Shown here in pieces: positions 1 to 9,483 of a stretch of 64,000 bases of DNA (positions within the stretch are counted from its first letter, which is position 1; every line of letters starts with the position of its first letter). The stretch is taken from NCBI GenBank assembly GCA_964645605.1, contig CAZYCE010000005.1, positions 362-64,361 on the forward strand, read 5' to 3'. The notes under the pieces were generated by a model. That model was not told the origin of the DNA and searched no databases. It saw only the letters and a list, made by a program, of their open reading frames with translations. The position numbers and the translations under genes were made by a program. The stretch is from an uncultured Gammaproteobacteria bacterium (lineage in GTDB: Bacteria > Patescibacteriota > Microgenomatia > UBA8517).

Positions 1-60
1 CTCGATTGTTTGGTTCACCAGATCTTTTATATTCTTAAAGTCACTATTAGTTAATGCCAC
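1..60 (-). CDS. Partial small hypothetical protein (N-terminus MALTNSDFKNIKDLVNQTIE..., runs off the window)
   Basis: GTG at 60 follows a TTGACA (90-95, minus strand) and a TTTAAT box; frame stays open to the window edge. Confidence 0.45.
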   Translation of the reverse strand, partial: MALTNSDFKNIKDLVNQTIE

Positions 61-148
61 AAGGTAATTAAACATCGTGAAGAGTCTCATGTCAAACATT
101 TTTTATACCCTCCCTCGGGATCCATACCGTGCAAGAGAAATCACAACC

Positions 149-460
149 TCAATTATTAGTAAAACAATTTTCGGATTTATTACTAAGTAGTAAAGCTTTT
201 AATGTTTGGTAATCAGGGGAATTAGGCACAACATTAGTTCGAACATCGTTCGCTAGACCACCCAAGACCGTATTGTAAAAATTTGGCATGCCTGAGTTAG
301 CTTCAAAGCTCGGGTTCGATACGAACTTATAAATAAATCGAAAAGTTGAGCGTGGTTTAACTGTTAAGATTTTGTCTTTGATCGTTATTTTTGTGCCTGT
401 TACCGCTAATATATTCTTTCGAGCCCCTATGTTGCCTTTGTCCCATTTTTCCCTAAGCAA
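149..460 (-). pseudogene. Possible C-terminal remnant of a large serine recombinase
   Basis: GNIGARKNILAVTGTKITIKDKILTVKP resembles the C-terminal tails of CPR site-specific recombinases as I recall them; no catalytic N-terminus and no good start. Confidence 0.3.
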
Positions 461-539
461 TAGTGCGGGGTCGAAGTATCGTGGAAGTTAATTATTCAAG
501 AATAGAAACACGACTACAATGTTGAAATAACTAAGACAG

Positions 540-1028
540 TCATAACATTTCAAGGACTTTTGTGCATGTTTCTTTTAGTGAGTCTAAAATCGGCACATCG
601 GGGCAATCTTGGCTAAACCTCCTTCTGATATATTTAAGACCAGAAAATCCTTCTTCTATACCAACAACTATTTTAGTTCCATCTCTTTCATGTCTAACTT
701 TCCATTCAAACAGTTCTGCTCGAGAAGTTTGTGCATACGATCTACCAGGAATTTGATCCTGTTCTTTAGCCAACCAAAACATTATTACGCCATTTTTTCC
801 GGCTTTACGCAAATTTTCTGTCTCCCAGTCAACTTGCTCATTATAATTAAAACCTTCAGTAATTTTGCGTCTGGGTGAGGCGATATAGATATCTGGTTTA
901 AATGTAGTTAATATATCAATTGCATCAGATTGCCAGTCAGGAGCCCCTTGTATCGGACCAGCAAGAAAAATTACTTTTTGCACTGAAGAAATATATTCTG
1001 GTGGTACAAATATATTTCGTTCGCTCAT
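540..1028 (-). CDS. Nucleoside 2-deoxyribosyltransferase-like protein
   Basis: IFLAGPIQGAPDWQ, QVDWE, VIMFW and SRAELFEW motifs. Confidence 0.75.
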   Translation of the reverse strand: MSERNIFVPPEYISSVQKVIFLAGPIQGAPDWQSDAIDILTTFKPDIYIASPRRKITEGFNYNEQVDWETENLRKAGKNGVIMFWLAKEQDQIPGRSYAQTSRAELFEWKVRHERDGTKIVVGIEEGFSGLKYIRRRFSQDCPDVPILDSLKETCTKVLEML

Positions 1029-1046
1029 ATTTATAAATCAGATAAA

Positions 1047-1638
1047 TTAATCAGATCCTTTTGTGGCAGAGAGAATAAAGTTATAATTTGTGGGAAACAC
1101 AATATTTTCACCTTTTTGACCTGTTTTCTTTTTATAATCTTCAAATAAATCCCAATAGGTGGCAACGATTTTATTGGACAAATCAAGTTTTAATTCTTCA
1201 GCAACACTCTTTATATTTTCAGGCTTTCCTTCTATTTCGACAAACACACCAAAAGGTAATTCATCAAGAGAGATCTTTGTATTTTTATATTCATAATCAA
1301 TCCGGTATTTTTCCATAATAAATCGTTTTGTAAAACCAAGATTGGCAAAAATATCTGCAAGCAACCCAGGATCTTTTACTTCTGTTTCAAGCTCCTGTCG
1401 TTCGAAAACCTCTCCATCAGATTTTATTTTCTTTTTGAGTGTTACTATACTTTTTCCTCCAGTCCGAACTCTCAAAAAAAATGCCTCCTTTTTCTAAATC
1501 AAGATTTGGGGTATCCATTCTGGTTGTTCTTTGGAATCCTCCATCTTTTTTGACGTTTTTTTGGGCCAAAAGAGAAATAAATTACTGAGGATTTTTAATC
1601 TCTATTTTTACTTCCTTTTCAACGTAATCGTTTGTCAT
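1047..1638 (-). pseudogene. CYTH / class IV adenylate cyclase-like gene, disrupted
   Basis: ATG at 1638 gives MTNDYVEKEVK (ExExK motif). In-frame TAA at codon 19 and an extra T in a T8 run near 1474-1481 before LRVR. Downstream part has ELETEV, EKYR and FVEIEG. Confidence 0.8.
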
Positions 1639-1851
1639 ACAAATTAGCAACCATCGTATTATATACCCAATTTCGGGGTAAGGACTTTTTTATACAAGAT
1701 TTTTGAAGTTGTCATAGAGAACCCTCTCTCTGCAAATAGCCATAGGGCTAAGCCTCAGTCGGTAATGCTTCTTAAGGAAATTTAGCAACGCCCAAATTTT
1801 TGCAAAAAACATTAACTTGTTATAATTAAAGCTCAAAGGGGGTGAATATAT

Positions 1852-2466
1852 ATTAAAAAAATATTTATTGCTTTAACGGTAGGGTTAATCTTAGTTACTT
1901 CCTCTAGCGTGGCTTATGCAAAATCGAGTAAGCGCGAAGCGACTAATTCCGGAGTTCCAATCCGCAATAACATAAAAACAATCGAACAGCTACAAACAAA
2001 GGTTAAAAACCCACAAGCGAAAGATGCCTTACAGCAAGCTATTCAAGTTGCCGAACAATCAGAAGCAACAGTAGCAAGTTCCTTTAAAGAAATGTCGGGA
2101 AGGCCCGGCTTTTTGAAGTTTCTTATTGGAGCAGATTATAAGAATGCAGGACAGGTACGAAGCGAGATTATTAAACTGCGCAATGAAATCGCCCAATTAA
2201 CAAGGACAAGAGAAGAAGTCTCCGCAGGCGATCAAGATGCAATTGATGAAACCATTGGCCTTTTCCAGGAGCAGTTGATGAGCATTGAAACCGATCTGAG
2301 TAGGCAGTTGGAAGGATTTAGTTTGTTTGGCTGGTTAAGTAGGCTATTGACCGGATTTAAGGCGCCTGTTGCGACAGCTACACCAACCGTTATGCCGACA
2401 GAGACTCCGGTTGCCTCGCCAATCGAGACACCGGTAGCAAGCCCAACATCAACACTGATTAATTAA
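1852..2466 (+). CDS. Secreted coiled-coil protein with a Pro/Thr tail; probable ATT start
   Basis: GGGGGTGA SD at 1838-1845, then ATT in frame with ORF 1909-2466, which adds a signal peptide KKIFIALTVGLILVTSSSVAYA. Confidence 0.65.
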   Translation: MKKIFIALTVGLILVTSSSVAYAKSSKREATNSGVPIRNNIKTIEQLQTKVKNPQAKDALQQAIQVAEQSEATVASSFKEMSGRPGFLKFLIGADYKNAGQVRSEIIKLRNEIAQLTRTREEVSAGDQDAIDETIGLFQEQLMSIETDLSRQLEGFSLFGWLSRLLTGFKAPVATATPTVMPTETPVASPIETPVASPTSTLIN

Positions 2467-2574
2467 TGGTTAAGCTTTGAGTTTGGCTGATTCTGTTGAT
2501 ATTTATTTTGTTGCATAAATATTAAAATTATTCTATTGATATTTACTTGCAATTGTTTATATACTTAATACGCA

Positions 2575-3267
2575 ATGCCAAATAAAGAAGATTCCCCCTC
2601 AAGGCACAGAATGGTTGTTGAAGAGATCGAAATTCCGGATAAAGAGGCGCATACCACCGAGACCGGGGTTGAAGATAAGTCCTTAGAGCAAGGCATTCCC
2701 GATATTCTGGACACGGATGCGAAAGTTTCTTCACAAGATGTTGTTGAAAATGAAGATGTGCGTTCTCCACAAAAAGATACACAAGAAGTCGCAAAAGAAA
2801 AATCTCCCGTTTTTTGGATACTGATTCCCGGAATTTTTATTTTGGGAGCAATTTTGGGAGGTATCGTTTTCTATCAAAAAGGCGTTAATACTATCGATGT
2901 AGATACCACGCCGGCACCTGTTGCATCAGCTGCTCCCGCCATTACACCCACATCCACTCCTTCAGCAAACGTTGATGTTTCAAAATTTAATGTAGCGATT
3001 TTCAATGGCTCAGGAATTGCTGGCGAGGCCGGAAAAGTTAAAGATCTTTTGACAAACGCTGGATTTAATATTGTTTCGACGGGAAACGCGGCAACATATG
3101 ATTACACAAAGACTATTATTAAGGCTAAATCTACTGTGGGAACATCCGTAATTCAAAAAATCAAAGATGCTTTGTCAAAGGTGTATGTAATTGGAGACCC
3201 GCAAACACTTTCTTCTTCATCAACCACCGATATTCAAGTAGTGGTGGGGTCTTCAAAGGCGGAGTAA
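2575..3267 (+). CDS. Membrane-anchored LytR C-terminal domain protein
   Basis: Single TM helix, PT-rich linker, VAIFNGSGIAGEAG...GNA...DIQVVVG. Confidence 0.8.
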   Translation: MPNKEDSPSRHRMVVEEIEIPDKEAHTTETGVEDKSLEQGIPDILDTDAKVSSQDVVENEDVRSPQKDTQEVAKEKSPVFWILIPGIFILGAILGGIVFYQKGVNTIDVDTTPAPVASAAPAITPTSTPSANVDVSKFNVAIFNGSGIAGEAGKVKDLLTNAGFNIVSTGNAATYDYTKTIIKAKSTVGTSVIQKIKDALSKVYVIGDPQTLSSSSTTDIQVVVGSSKAE

Positions 3268-3905
3268 TTTATATTGGGAGCCGGGGACGGTGCTTGATGT
3301 AATCGCAGGTCCTTTACAAAAAGATAGATAATATTTGCTTCCGGGCATGTTCTGGCTATAGATGATTCAAATTTTTTGTCTAAGCCTTTAGTTTGAAATA
3401 TTACTTTTGAGCCATCTATGTCGTCCTGTCTCCAAATAATGGGGTGGTCGGAATATTGTTTAATCAAATTATCCACTTCTGATTCTGAACCATTCGTATT
3501 TAATTGAACAAATAATTCGGGCAAATAATTATTTTTGAGATAAAAATCCTCGGCTTTTGGGTCAGCTCCTAAATAGATATGACGAATGCCATGTCTCAAA
3601 ACATTTACCTCCATCTCATATAACATTTGACTACCAAACCCCCGTTTTTGATATTTGGAATCAATGTAAAATTCTCCGATAAGAACCCGTTTTTTTTCTA
3701 ACCCTCCTAGTATTACCCCAATTAATTGATGCCCAATATATGCCGCAAGCAAGAGGTCGGGGGCAGTTTTGAATTGTTTTATATAGTAGCCTTCATTGCG
3801 TGGATGATTTGAAGATAGTTTCTGTCCTTTTTTAGCAAATCGAAAAAATTTGATCGCATCTTCCAAGGTACCCGCTGACTTAATTGTTATTTTTTCCTTC
3901 GCCAT
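3234..3905 (-). CDS. GNAT-family N-acetyltransferase
   Basis: YQKRGFGSQML acetyl-CoA motif and AEDFYLKNNY. Confidence 0.8.
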   Translation of the reverse strand: MAKEKITIKSAGTLEDAIKFFRFAKKGQKLSSNHPRNEGYYIKQFKTAPDLLLAAYIGHQLIGVILGGLEKKRVLIGEFYIDSKYQKRGFGSQMLYEMEVNVLRHGIRHIYLGADPKAEDFYLKNNYLPELFVQLNTNGSESEVDNLIKQYSDHPIIWRQDDIDGSKVIFQTKGLDKKFESSIARTCPEANIIYLFVKDLRLHQAPSPAPNINYSAFEDPTTT

Positions 3906-4040
3906 TTAAATTCAAATCACATCTCTTAAATAAAATTTATAGGGTTTGTTTTACTAATGCAATCTGCACCTCCACGAGTTTGGTATTATTTGGAAAGGGA
4001 TAATCGTTAAATAATCACGCTCGCCCCCCGTCAAACTCAG

Positions 4041-4111
4041 AGCGGGATAGGGGAGTCGAACCCCTCTCCTCAGCTTGGAAAGCTGGTGTTGAGCCGATCA
4101 ACTAATCCCGC
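4041..4111 (-). tRNA. tRNA-Gly(TCC)
   Basis: GCGGGAT/ATCCCGC acceptor stem, anticodon loop TT-TCC-AA, GGTTCGACT T-arm. Confidence 0.9.
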
Positions 4112-4241
4112 AACAAACTACGTTTCTGAAAAGCTCCTTCATTGCATAGCAATGAAGCTTTGCTGATTCAGCCATTGAACCATACTCACAAAATTAATCC
4201 AGCGTAAATTATACCAAAAAATGATAAAATAGTGAACGTGA

Positions 4242-4325
4242 GCCGAGGTGGCGAAATGGTATACGCAAGGGCCTTAAGAGCCCTCGAGTGCATAACTCAT
4301 GCGGGTCCGAGTCCCGCCCTCGGCA
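4242..4325 (+). tRNA. tRNA-Leu(TAA)
   Basis: GCCGAGG/CCTCGGC stem, loop CT-TAA-GA, long variable arm; T-loop TCCGAGT. Confidence 0.9.
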
Positions 4326-4339
4326 CAGGATTTATAGAA

Positions 4340-4696
4340 TTACTTCGGATTATTTGAGGAAAGAGCCGAATCATGAATTTTTGCATGACAGTTCTTGCAC
4401 AAGATGTAACATTTTTTGATTTCCTTTAGAATAGTTTCTTTTCCGTATCCTTTTACAACTAAATCTGAGACCGCATCATCTTTTTCCTTAGGATTTTATG
4501 ATGAAAGTTAAGCATTCGGCATAACTTTCGCCGCACACTTCACAAAATATTCCATCTTTATATTGCTTTGCCAATCAGAAAGACTTGCCTCCCTTATTCG
4601 CTTCTGAAGTCCATGCTTTAATTTTCTTTTCTTTCAAATTTTTAAGTGATAAAGTCTTTGATATTCTTGTCTTTTATCTTTGTCGAGTATGGGCAT
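4340..4696 (-). pseudogene. Phage-type HNH endonuclease, degraded
   Basis: Joining frames gives FCEVCGE...CL-FHH-NPKEK...EIKKCYILCKNCHAKIH; internal TGA and frameshifts. Confidence 0.75.
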
Positions 4697-4734
4697 TAAC
4701 CAATATTTGATTGGTCCATACTCTATGTCATTTG

Positions 4735-4806
4735 TCGGGGACCCGGGAATTGAACCCGGTGCCTTCCGCTCCCAAAGCGGACATTCTACCGTCGAACTCG
4801 TCCCCG
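4735..4806 (-). tRNA. tRNA-Pro(TGG)
   Basis: CGGGGAC/GTCCCCG stem, loop TT-TGG-GA, GGTTCAATT. Confidence 0.9.
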
Positions 4807-4850
4807 TAAATCAATTAGGTTCCGAGCTCATATTTTAACACAGAAAAAAG

Positions 4851-6455
4851 CTATTTCGCAGCAGCGGCTTTTAAAAATTCCATAAAAATGGGGTGGGGAT
4901 ATAGAGCGCGACTAATATACTCAGGGTGATATTGTGTTCCCACAAAGAATTTGTGATTTTTAAGTTCAATTGCTTCCACTAATTTTCCGTCCGGTGAAGT
5001 TCCCGAAATTACAAATCCAGCTCTTTCAAATGCTTCTTTATATTTATTATTGAACTCATACCTATGCCTGTGTCTTTCGTTAAGGATCGTGTTTTTACCA
5101 TAGATTTTTTCCAGAAGTGTTCCCTTTTCAATCTTTAGGGGCCAGGCTCCTAAACGAATAGTCCCTCCAAACTGCTTATTTTTAATAAGTTCTTTTTGAT
5201 AATCCATCGTGTGTATGACGGGATGTTTTGTTCCGTCTTGTGCCTCCTCCGTATTGGCATCCTTAAGCCCCAGTACATCTCTTGCAAACTCAATTGTAGC
5301 CATCTGCATTCCAAAACAGAGTCCAAGATAGGGGATATTATTTTCGCGAGCATATCTAATTGCAGCCACTTTCCCTTCGATTCCACGCTTTCCCCAGCCT
5401 TGAGGAACAAGGATGGCATCAAGCGAAGATAAATCCATCTCCGGATCTTCGGAATCAATCCAATCAATCTCGACACCAATTCCTACAGCAACTGCAGCGT
5501 GTCTTAATGCCTCTACAACACTTACGTAAGAGTCTTGGAGTATGTAATCACCGCTTCTTTGATACTTACCTACAATGCCGATTTTAACCGTCTTTGCCTT
5601 TTTGGCGTCAATTTTTTTGACCATTTCCTCCCATTTATCTAAATTGGCTTTACCGGTTTTTAGTCCAAGCTTTTTTAATACCTTTACATCCAGTTTTTCC
5701 TTCTTTAAAAATAATGGAACTTTATATACCGAATCAAGATCGGGGTTGCTGATAATATTTTCAACGGGAAGTCCTGAGGCCAAGGCAATCTTTTCCTTTC
5801 TCTTGTCATCTACCGGTTTCTCTGCACGTCCAACTACGAAATCAGGCATAATTCCCAGTGAATTTAAGGATGCTATGGATTGCTGTATGGGCTTACTTTT
5901 AAGCTCGCCAATATTTCCGGGTGCCGGAAGATAACCTACATGAACAAGTACAGCATCTTTGGGATGCTGGAGTTTAATTCTTCTATAAGCCTCAAAGAAA
6001 AGTAGTCCTTCGTATTCGCCGACAGTGCCTCCAAGCTCAACAATGGTTATTTCGGCATGTGCGGCCTCTCCCGCCTGACGCCATCTCTCAATTATTTCCG
6101 GCGGAATATGGTGATATGGCTCAACACATTTGCCTCCATAATCCAGGGAGCGTTCTTTATCAAGAACGTATTGATAAATTTGGCCATTTGTTAAATAGTT
6201 TGCGCGGGTCAAATTAATATTTAGGAAACGTTCATAGTGTCCAAGGTCTTGATCTGTTTCAAGACCGTCCTGTGTAACGAAAACCTCACCGTGTTCAAGG
6301 GGATTCATGGTGCCAGCATCGATATTTAAATACATGTCGCACTTCATGATTGTCACTTTGTAACCGCGGGATTGAAGAAGAAGTCCTAAAGAGGCGGCGG
6401 TAATCCCTTTTCCAAGGCCGGAGAGTACACCGCCGGAGACAATAATATATTTCAC
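4851..6455 (-). CDS. pyrG: CTP synthase
   Basis: KYIIVSGGVLSGLGKG, TDQDLGHYERF, GLCFGMQ, RHRHRYE, QYHPE; likely GTG start at 6455. Confidence 0.97.
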   Translation of the reverse strand: MKYIIVSGGVLSGLGKGITAASLGLLLQSRGYKVTIMKCDMYLNIDAGTMNPLEHGEVFVTQDGLETDQDLGHYERFLNINLTRANYLTNGQIYQYVLDKERSLDYGGKCVEPYHHIPPEIIERWRQAGEAAHAEITIVELGGTVGEYEGLLFFEAYRRIKLQHPKDAVLVHVGYLPAPGNIGELKSKPIQQSIASLNSLGIMPDFVVGRAEKPVDDKRKEKIALASGLPVENIISNPDLDSVYKVPLFLKKEKLDVKVLKKLGLKTGKANLDKWEEMVKKIDAKKAKTVKIGIVGKYQRSGDYILQDSYVSVVEALRHAAVAVGIGVEIDWIDSEDPEMDLSSLDAILVPQGWGKRGIEGKVAAIRYARENNIPYLGLCFGMQMATIEFARDVLGLKDANTEEAQDGTKHPVIHTMDYQKELIKNKQFGGTIRLGAWPLKIEKGTLLEKIYGKNTILNERHRHRYEFNNKYKEAFERAGFVISGTSPDGKLVEAIELKNHKFFVGTQYHPEYISRALYPHPIFMEFLKAAAAK

Positions 6456-6514
6456 CTTGGAATTTGTTATACCATGTTGCCTTGGGGAGCTGTCAAGGTA
6501 CAAAAGAAGAAAAA

Positions 6515-7126
6515 TTATTTAACATATTCAACCACTCGTGGGATAAAATCCTTGTCGGCTCGTGTCGTTATCCTTAAAGTTGCACACCCCCTTCTTAAAG
6601 AATGTCCAATAAACCCAGTGTCGGCAATCTGTTCAATATCATCTCTTGTATGAACAATACTGGTCAAAAGACATTTTCCCATAAAATCTATCCACTCATT
6701 ATCTGTAAGAACTGCATTCCCATAAAAATGGTATGACGACCCCGTTTCAAGTAACCATCCTGACACAGATTTCGAATGTATTAATCTTTCTTTTATGATA
6801 TTTAGATTTTGCTCACTTTTTTTGAGACTGAATTCCATTAATGGAATGTTTGCGTATTCTCCGTTAAGCAACAGTACTCGAGAACTTAAAGCAATTTGTT
6901 CATCCGGTTCAAGACGGTTTCCAATTTTATTTAAATTATTTTTACCTGTAAAAAAACTACAATCTACCCAACTACTATCTGATTTATTTTCGTTAAAAAT
7001 TTGCGGTTTGTATGTATATTTCCACAAATTTAAACACCTAATTTCAGGATGCTGTAATATCATTTCAGAAACAACATCAAATGGTTCAGCACCTATCAGA
7101 CAATCTGGTTTAATAAAAACTTCCAT
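6515..7126 (-). CDS. Archaeo-eukaryotic primase-superfamily (primase-1D-like) protein
   Basis: IPLMEF...GWLLETGSSYHFYG...EW..F.G..LL...D..FIGH.L..G..LRI pattern resembles the AEP SGxxxH motif family. Confidence 0.55.
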   Translation of the reverse strand: MEVFIKPDCLIGAEPFDVVSEMILQHPEIRCLNLWKYTYKPQIFNENKSDSSWVDCSFFTGKNNLNKIGNRLEPDEQIALSSRVLLLNGEYANIPLMEFSLKKSEQNLNIIKERLIHSKSVSGWLLETGSSYHFYGNAVLTDNEWIDFMGKCLLTSIVHTRDDIEQIADTGFIGHSLRRGCATLRITTRADKDFIPRVVEYVK

Positions 7127-7274
7127 ATACGTGGGAATATTTCATTGGGGTTGTAGAAAAACAAGTAATATGCGCACGGGATGAATATGAATTCAACGAA
7201 TTCATATCACCAAGCTTACTTGATTGCTCAACTAAAGTTTCGCAAGTCGTAGAATGTGTGATTAAACCTCTTTG

Positions 7275-7346
7275 TGCGCCTGGGAGGAATCGAACCTCCA
7301 CCAATGGATTCGAAGTCCACTACTCTATCCGTTAAGCTACAGGCGC
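7275..7346 (-). tRNA. tRNA-Arg(TCG)
   Basis: GCGCCTG/CAGGCGC stem, loop CT-TCG-AA. Confidence 0.92.
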
Positions 7347-7404
7347 CTTTCGACTTCGCTCTCAGGGTAAATGAGCTTAAACCTGATATAATATTATATC
7401 CTAT

Positions 7405-8481
7405 ATGCTAACAATTGACGAACAAATCGCACAAATTGAGGAAACATTAAGAAAAACTCCTCATCACAAGGCAACAAATGGATTTATTGGAGCAATGAGG
7501 GCTAAGATAGCCCGTCTTAGAGACAAGGAAATTGAACAGTCCGGCAAAAAAGGTGGAGGAAGCGGGGGTTATCAGGTTAAAAAACAGGGAGACGCCACGG
7601 TTGTTTTAATTGGTCCACCATCTTCAGGAAAATCCACCTTAATTAACCAGTTAACTAATGCAGAAAGTAAAGTTGCCCCATATGCATTTACCACCGTTAC
7701 GGTTGTACCCGGAATGCTTAAATACAAGGAAGCTTATATCCAAATTCTTGATATTCCCGGACTTATTACCGGCGCAAAAGAGGGGAAAGGCCGGGGTAAA
7801 GAGGTTTTATCTGTTGCCAGAGAAGCGGATTTACTTATCGTGATGACGGATGTTAAACGCGTCGATGCTTTTGAGGAAATGGTCGCTGAACTAACCGGTT
7901 CGGGAATTAGAATTAATGAAGAACCACCGAAGGTGTTAATTGATAAAAAGATAAGCGGCGGACTTGATATATTTTCTAATATAAAACAAGATATTGATAA
8001 AGAAACTATTAAGGAAATAGCCCGTGAATACGGCATTAAAAATGGCATAATTACTCTTCAAGAAACCATCACTATGGAGCGTCTTTTTGACGCTTTCTCC
8101 GAAAATAGAGTTTATATTCCCACACTTTGGGTAATCAACAAGATAGATGAAGAACCAAATCACCACGAGCAAATTGATGGCGAATACATTGCGATAAGCG
8201 CCCAAAATGGTGATGGAATAGATAATTTAATTAATAAGATGTGGGAGGCTCTTAAATTTGTAACTGTATACCTGGTAAAGCCCGACGAGGAGATCGGAAA
8301 GGGAAGCCCCATTATCATGAAAGAGGGAGAAACACTTAAGGATATTGCTCTTAAAATTGGTCCGGATTTTGCCGAAAGCAAAAAGATTGTTAAAATTTGG
8401 GGACCAGGAGCGAAGTTTCCCGGTCAAGAAATGTCTTTTGACGCTAAAATAGTAGATGGCATGCAAGTCAGATTTCTGTAA
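7405..8481 (+). CDS. DRG/Rbg1-like OBG-family GTPase with C-terminal TGS domain
   Basis: HKAT...AKIARLR, VKKQGDA, GPPSSGKST, YAFTT, LDIPG, GKGRGKEV, NKID, IWGPGAKFPGQ. Confidence 0.88.
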   Translation: MLTIDEQIAQIEETLRKTPHHKATNGFIGAMRAKIARLRDKEIEQSGKKGGGSGGYQVKKQGDATVVLIGPPSSGKSTLINQLTNAESKVAPYAFTTVTVVPGMLKYKEAYIQILDIPGLITGAKEGKGRGKEVLSVAREADLLIVMTDVKRVDAFEEMVAELTGSGIRINEEPPKVLIDKKISGGLDIFSNIKQDIDKETIKEIAREYGIKNGIITLQETITMERLFDAFSENRVYIPTLWVINKIDEEPNHHEQIDGEYIAISAQNGDGIDNLINKMWEALKFVTVYLVKPDEEIGKGSPIIMKEGETLKDIALKIGPDFAESKKIVKIWGPGAKFPGQEMSFDAKIVDGMQVRFL

Positions 8482-8528
8482 AACTATACACATCTTGAAA
8501 GGTCTAACCTTACAAGGACACTTATAAA

Positions 8529-9380
8529 ATGAATAATAAATTTTATGAACTTATAGATAGCGGGGAGGGTAGACGTCTTGAACGCTGGGGTAAATATATT
8601 ATCGATCGACCTGACCCGCAAATTATTTGGAAAAAATCGCTTACGTCCTCCGATTGGCAAAAAGCAGATGCGTATTTTAGGCGACTAGCTGAGGACAAGG
8701 GCACATGGAATGTAAATGGGAATATACCTGAAAAATGGATTCTTGAGCATAATGGAGTTAAATTCTACGCAAGACTGACTCCATTCAAGCACACAGGCAT
8801 TTTCCCGGAACAGGCGAGCCAATGGGAGTATGTCTATGAAACAATCATTTCAGATAAGGCAGTAAACAAAATAAATTTGCTAAACCTTTTTGCCTATACC
8901 GGAATTGCTTCATTGTTTGCAGCGAAGGCGGGAGCCAAAGTGACCCATGTTGATGCCAGTCGCCCTGCAATTACTTGGGCAAATGAAAATAGGGATCTAA
9001 ATGAGAAAAATTGGCCAATCAGATGGATTGTCGATGATGCAATTAAATTTACAGAGAGAGAAATCAAAAGGGGGGTAAAGTACGATGCAATCGTTATGGA
9101 TCCTCCGGTATACGGGCATGGACCTGCCGGTGAGGTATGGGATTTTAACCGTGATTTTCCGAGACTTTTGGCAAACTGCCGTAAATTGCTATCAAACACC
9201 CCGCTTTTTGTACTTGTTAATGCGTATGCAATCTCTTCTTCGTCAATCACTTTGGCAAACATATTGAATGATGCTTTTGGTCAACTTAAAGGACAAATTG
9301 AAAATGGAGAACTAACTTTGAAAGAAACTTCGGGAGGCCGACTTCTTTCCACCGGCATCTGGGCTAAATGGAGTAAATAA
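8529..9380 (+). CDS. Class I SAM-dependent methyltransferase (RlmI/K-like)
   Basis: HTGIFPEQ, LNLFAYTG, DPP motifs. Confidence 0.85.
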   Translation: MNNKFYELIDSGEGRRLERWGKYIIDRPDPQIIWKKSLTSSDWQKADAYFRRLAEDKGTWNVNGNIPEKWILEHNGVKFYARLTPFKHTGIFPEQASQWEYVYETIISDKAVNKINLLNLFAYTGIASLFAAKAGAKVTHVDASRPAITWANENRDLNEKNWPIRWIVDDAIKFTEREIKRGVKYDAIVMDPPVYGHGPAGEVWDFNRDFPRLLANCRKLLSNTPLFVLVNAYAISSSSITLANILNDAFGQLKGQIENGELTLKETSGGRLLSTGIWAKWSK

Positions 9381-9409
9381 TTAAAAATCCATCAACTAAA
9401 AGGGGAGTG

Positions 9410-9481
9410 TGAGCCGGAGAGGACTCGAACCTCTAACCGTTACCTTAAGAGGGTACTGCTCTACCATTGAGCTACCGGCCC
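9410..9481 (-). tRNA. tRNA-Lys(CTT)
   Basis: Cloverleaf with loop CT-CTT-AA, GGTTCGAGT. Confidence 0.92.
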
Positions 9482-9483
9482 AT

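Noticed and set aside
1685-1800. Two small hairpins between divergent promoters
   Set aside because: The stems are only 5 bp and there is no recognisable RNA motif or ORF.
4340-4696. In-frame TGA in the HNH gene as evidence of UGA recoding (code 25)
   Set aside because: The gene also has frameshifts, and TGA ends intact genes in this window (e.g. pilD, DUF5660-like, ACP-like).
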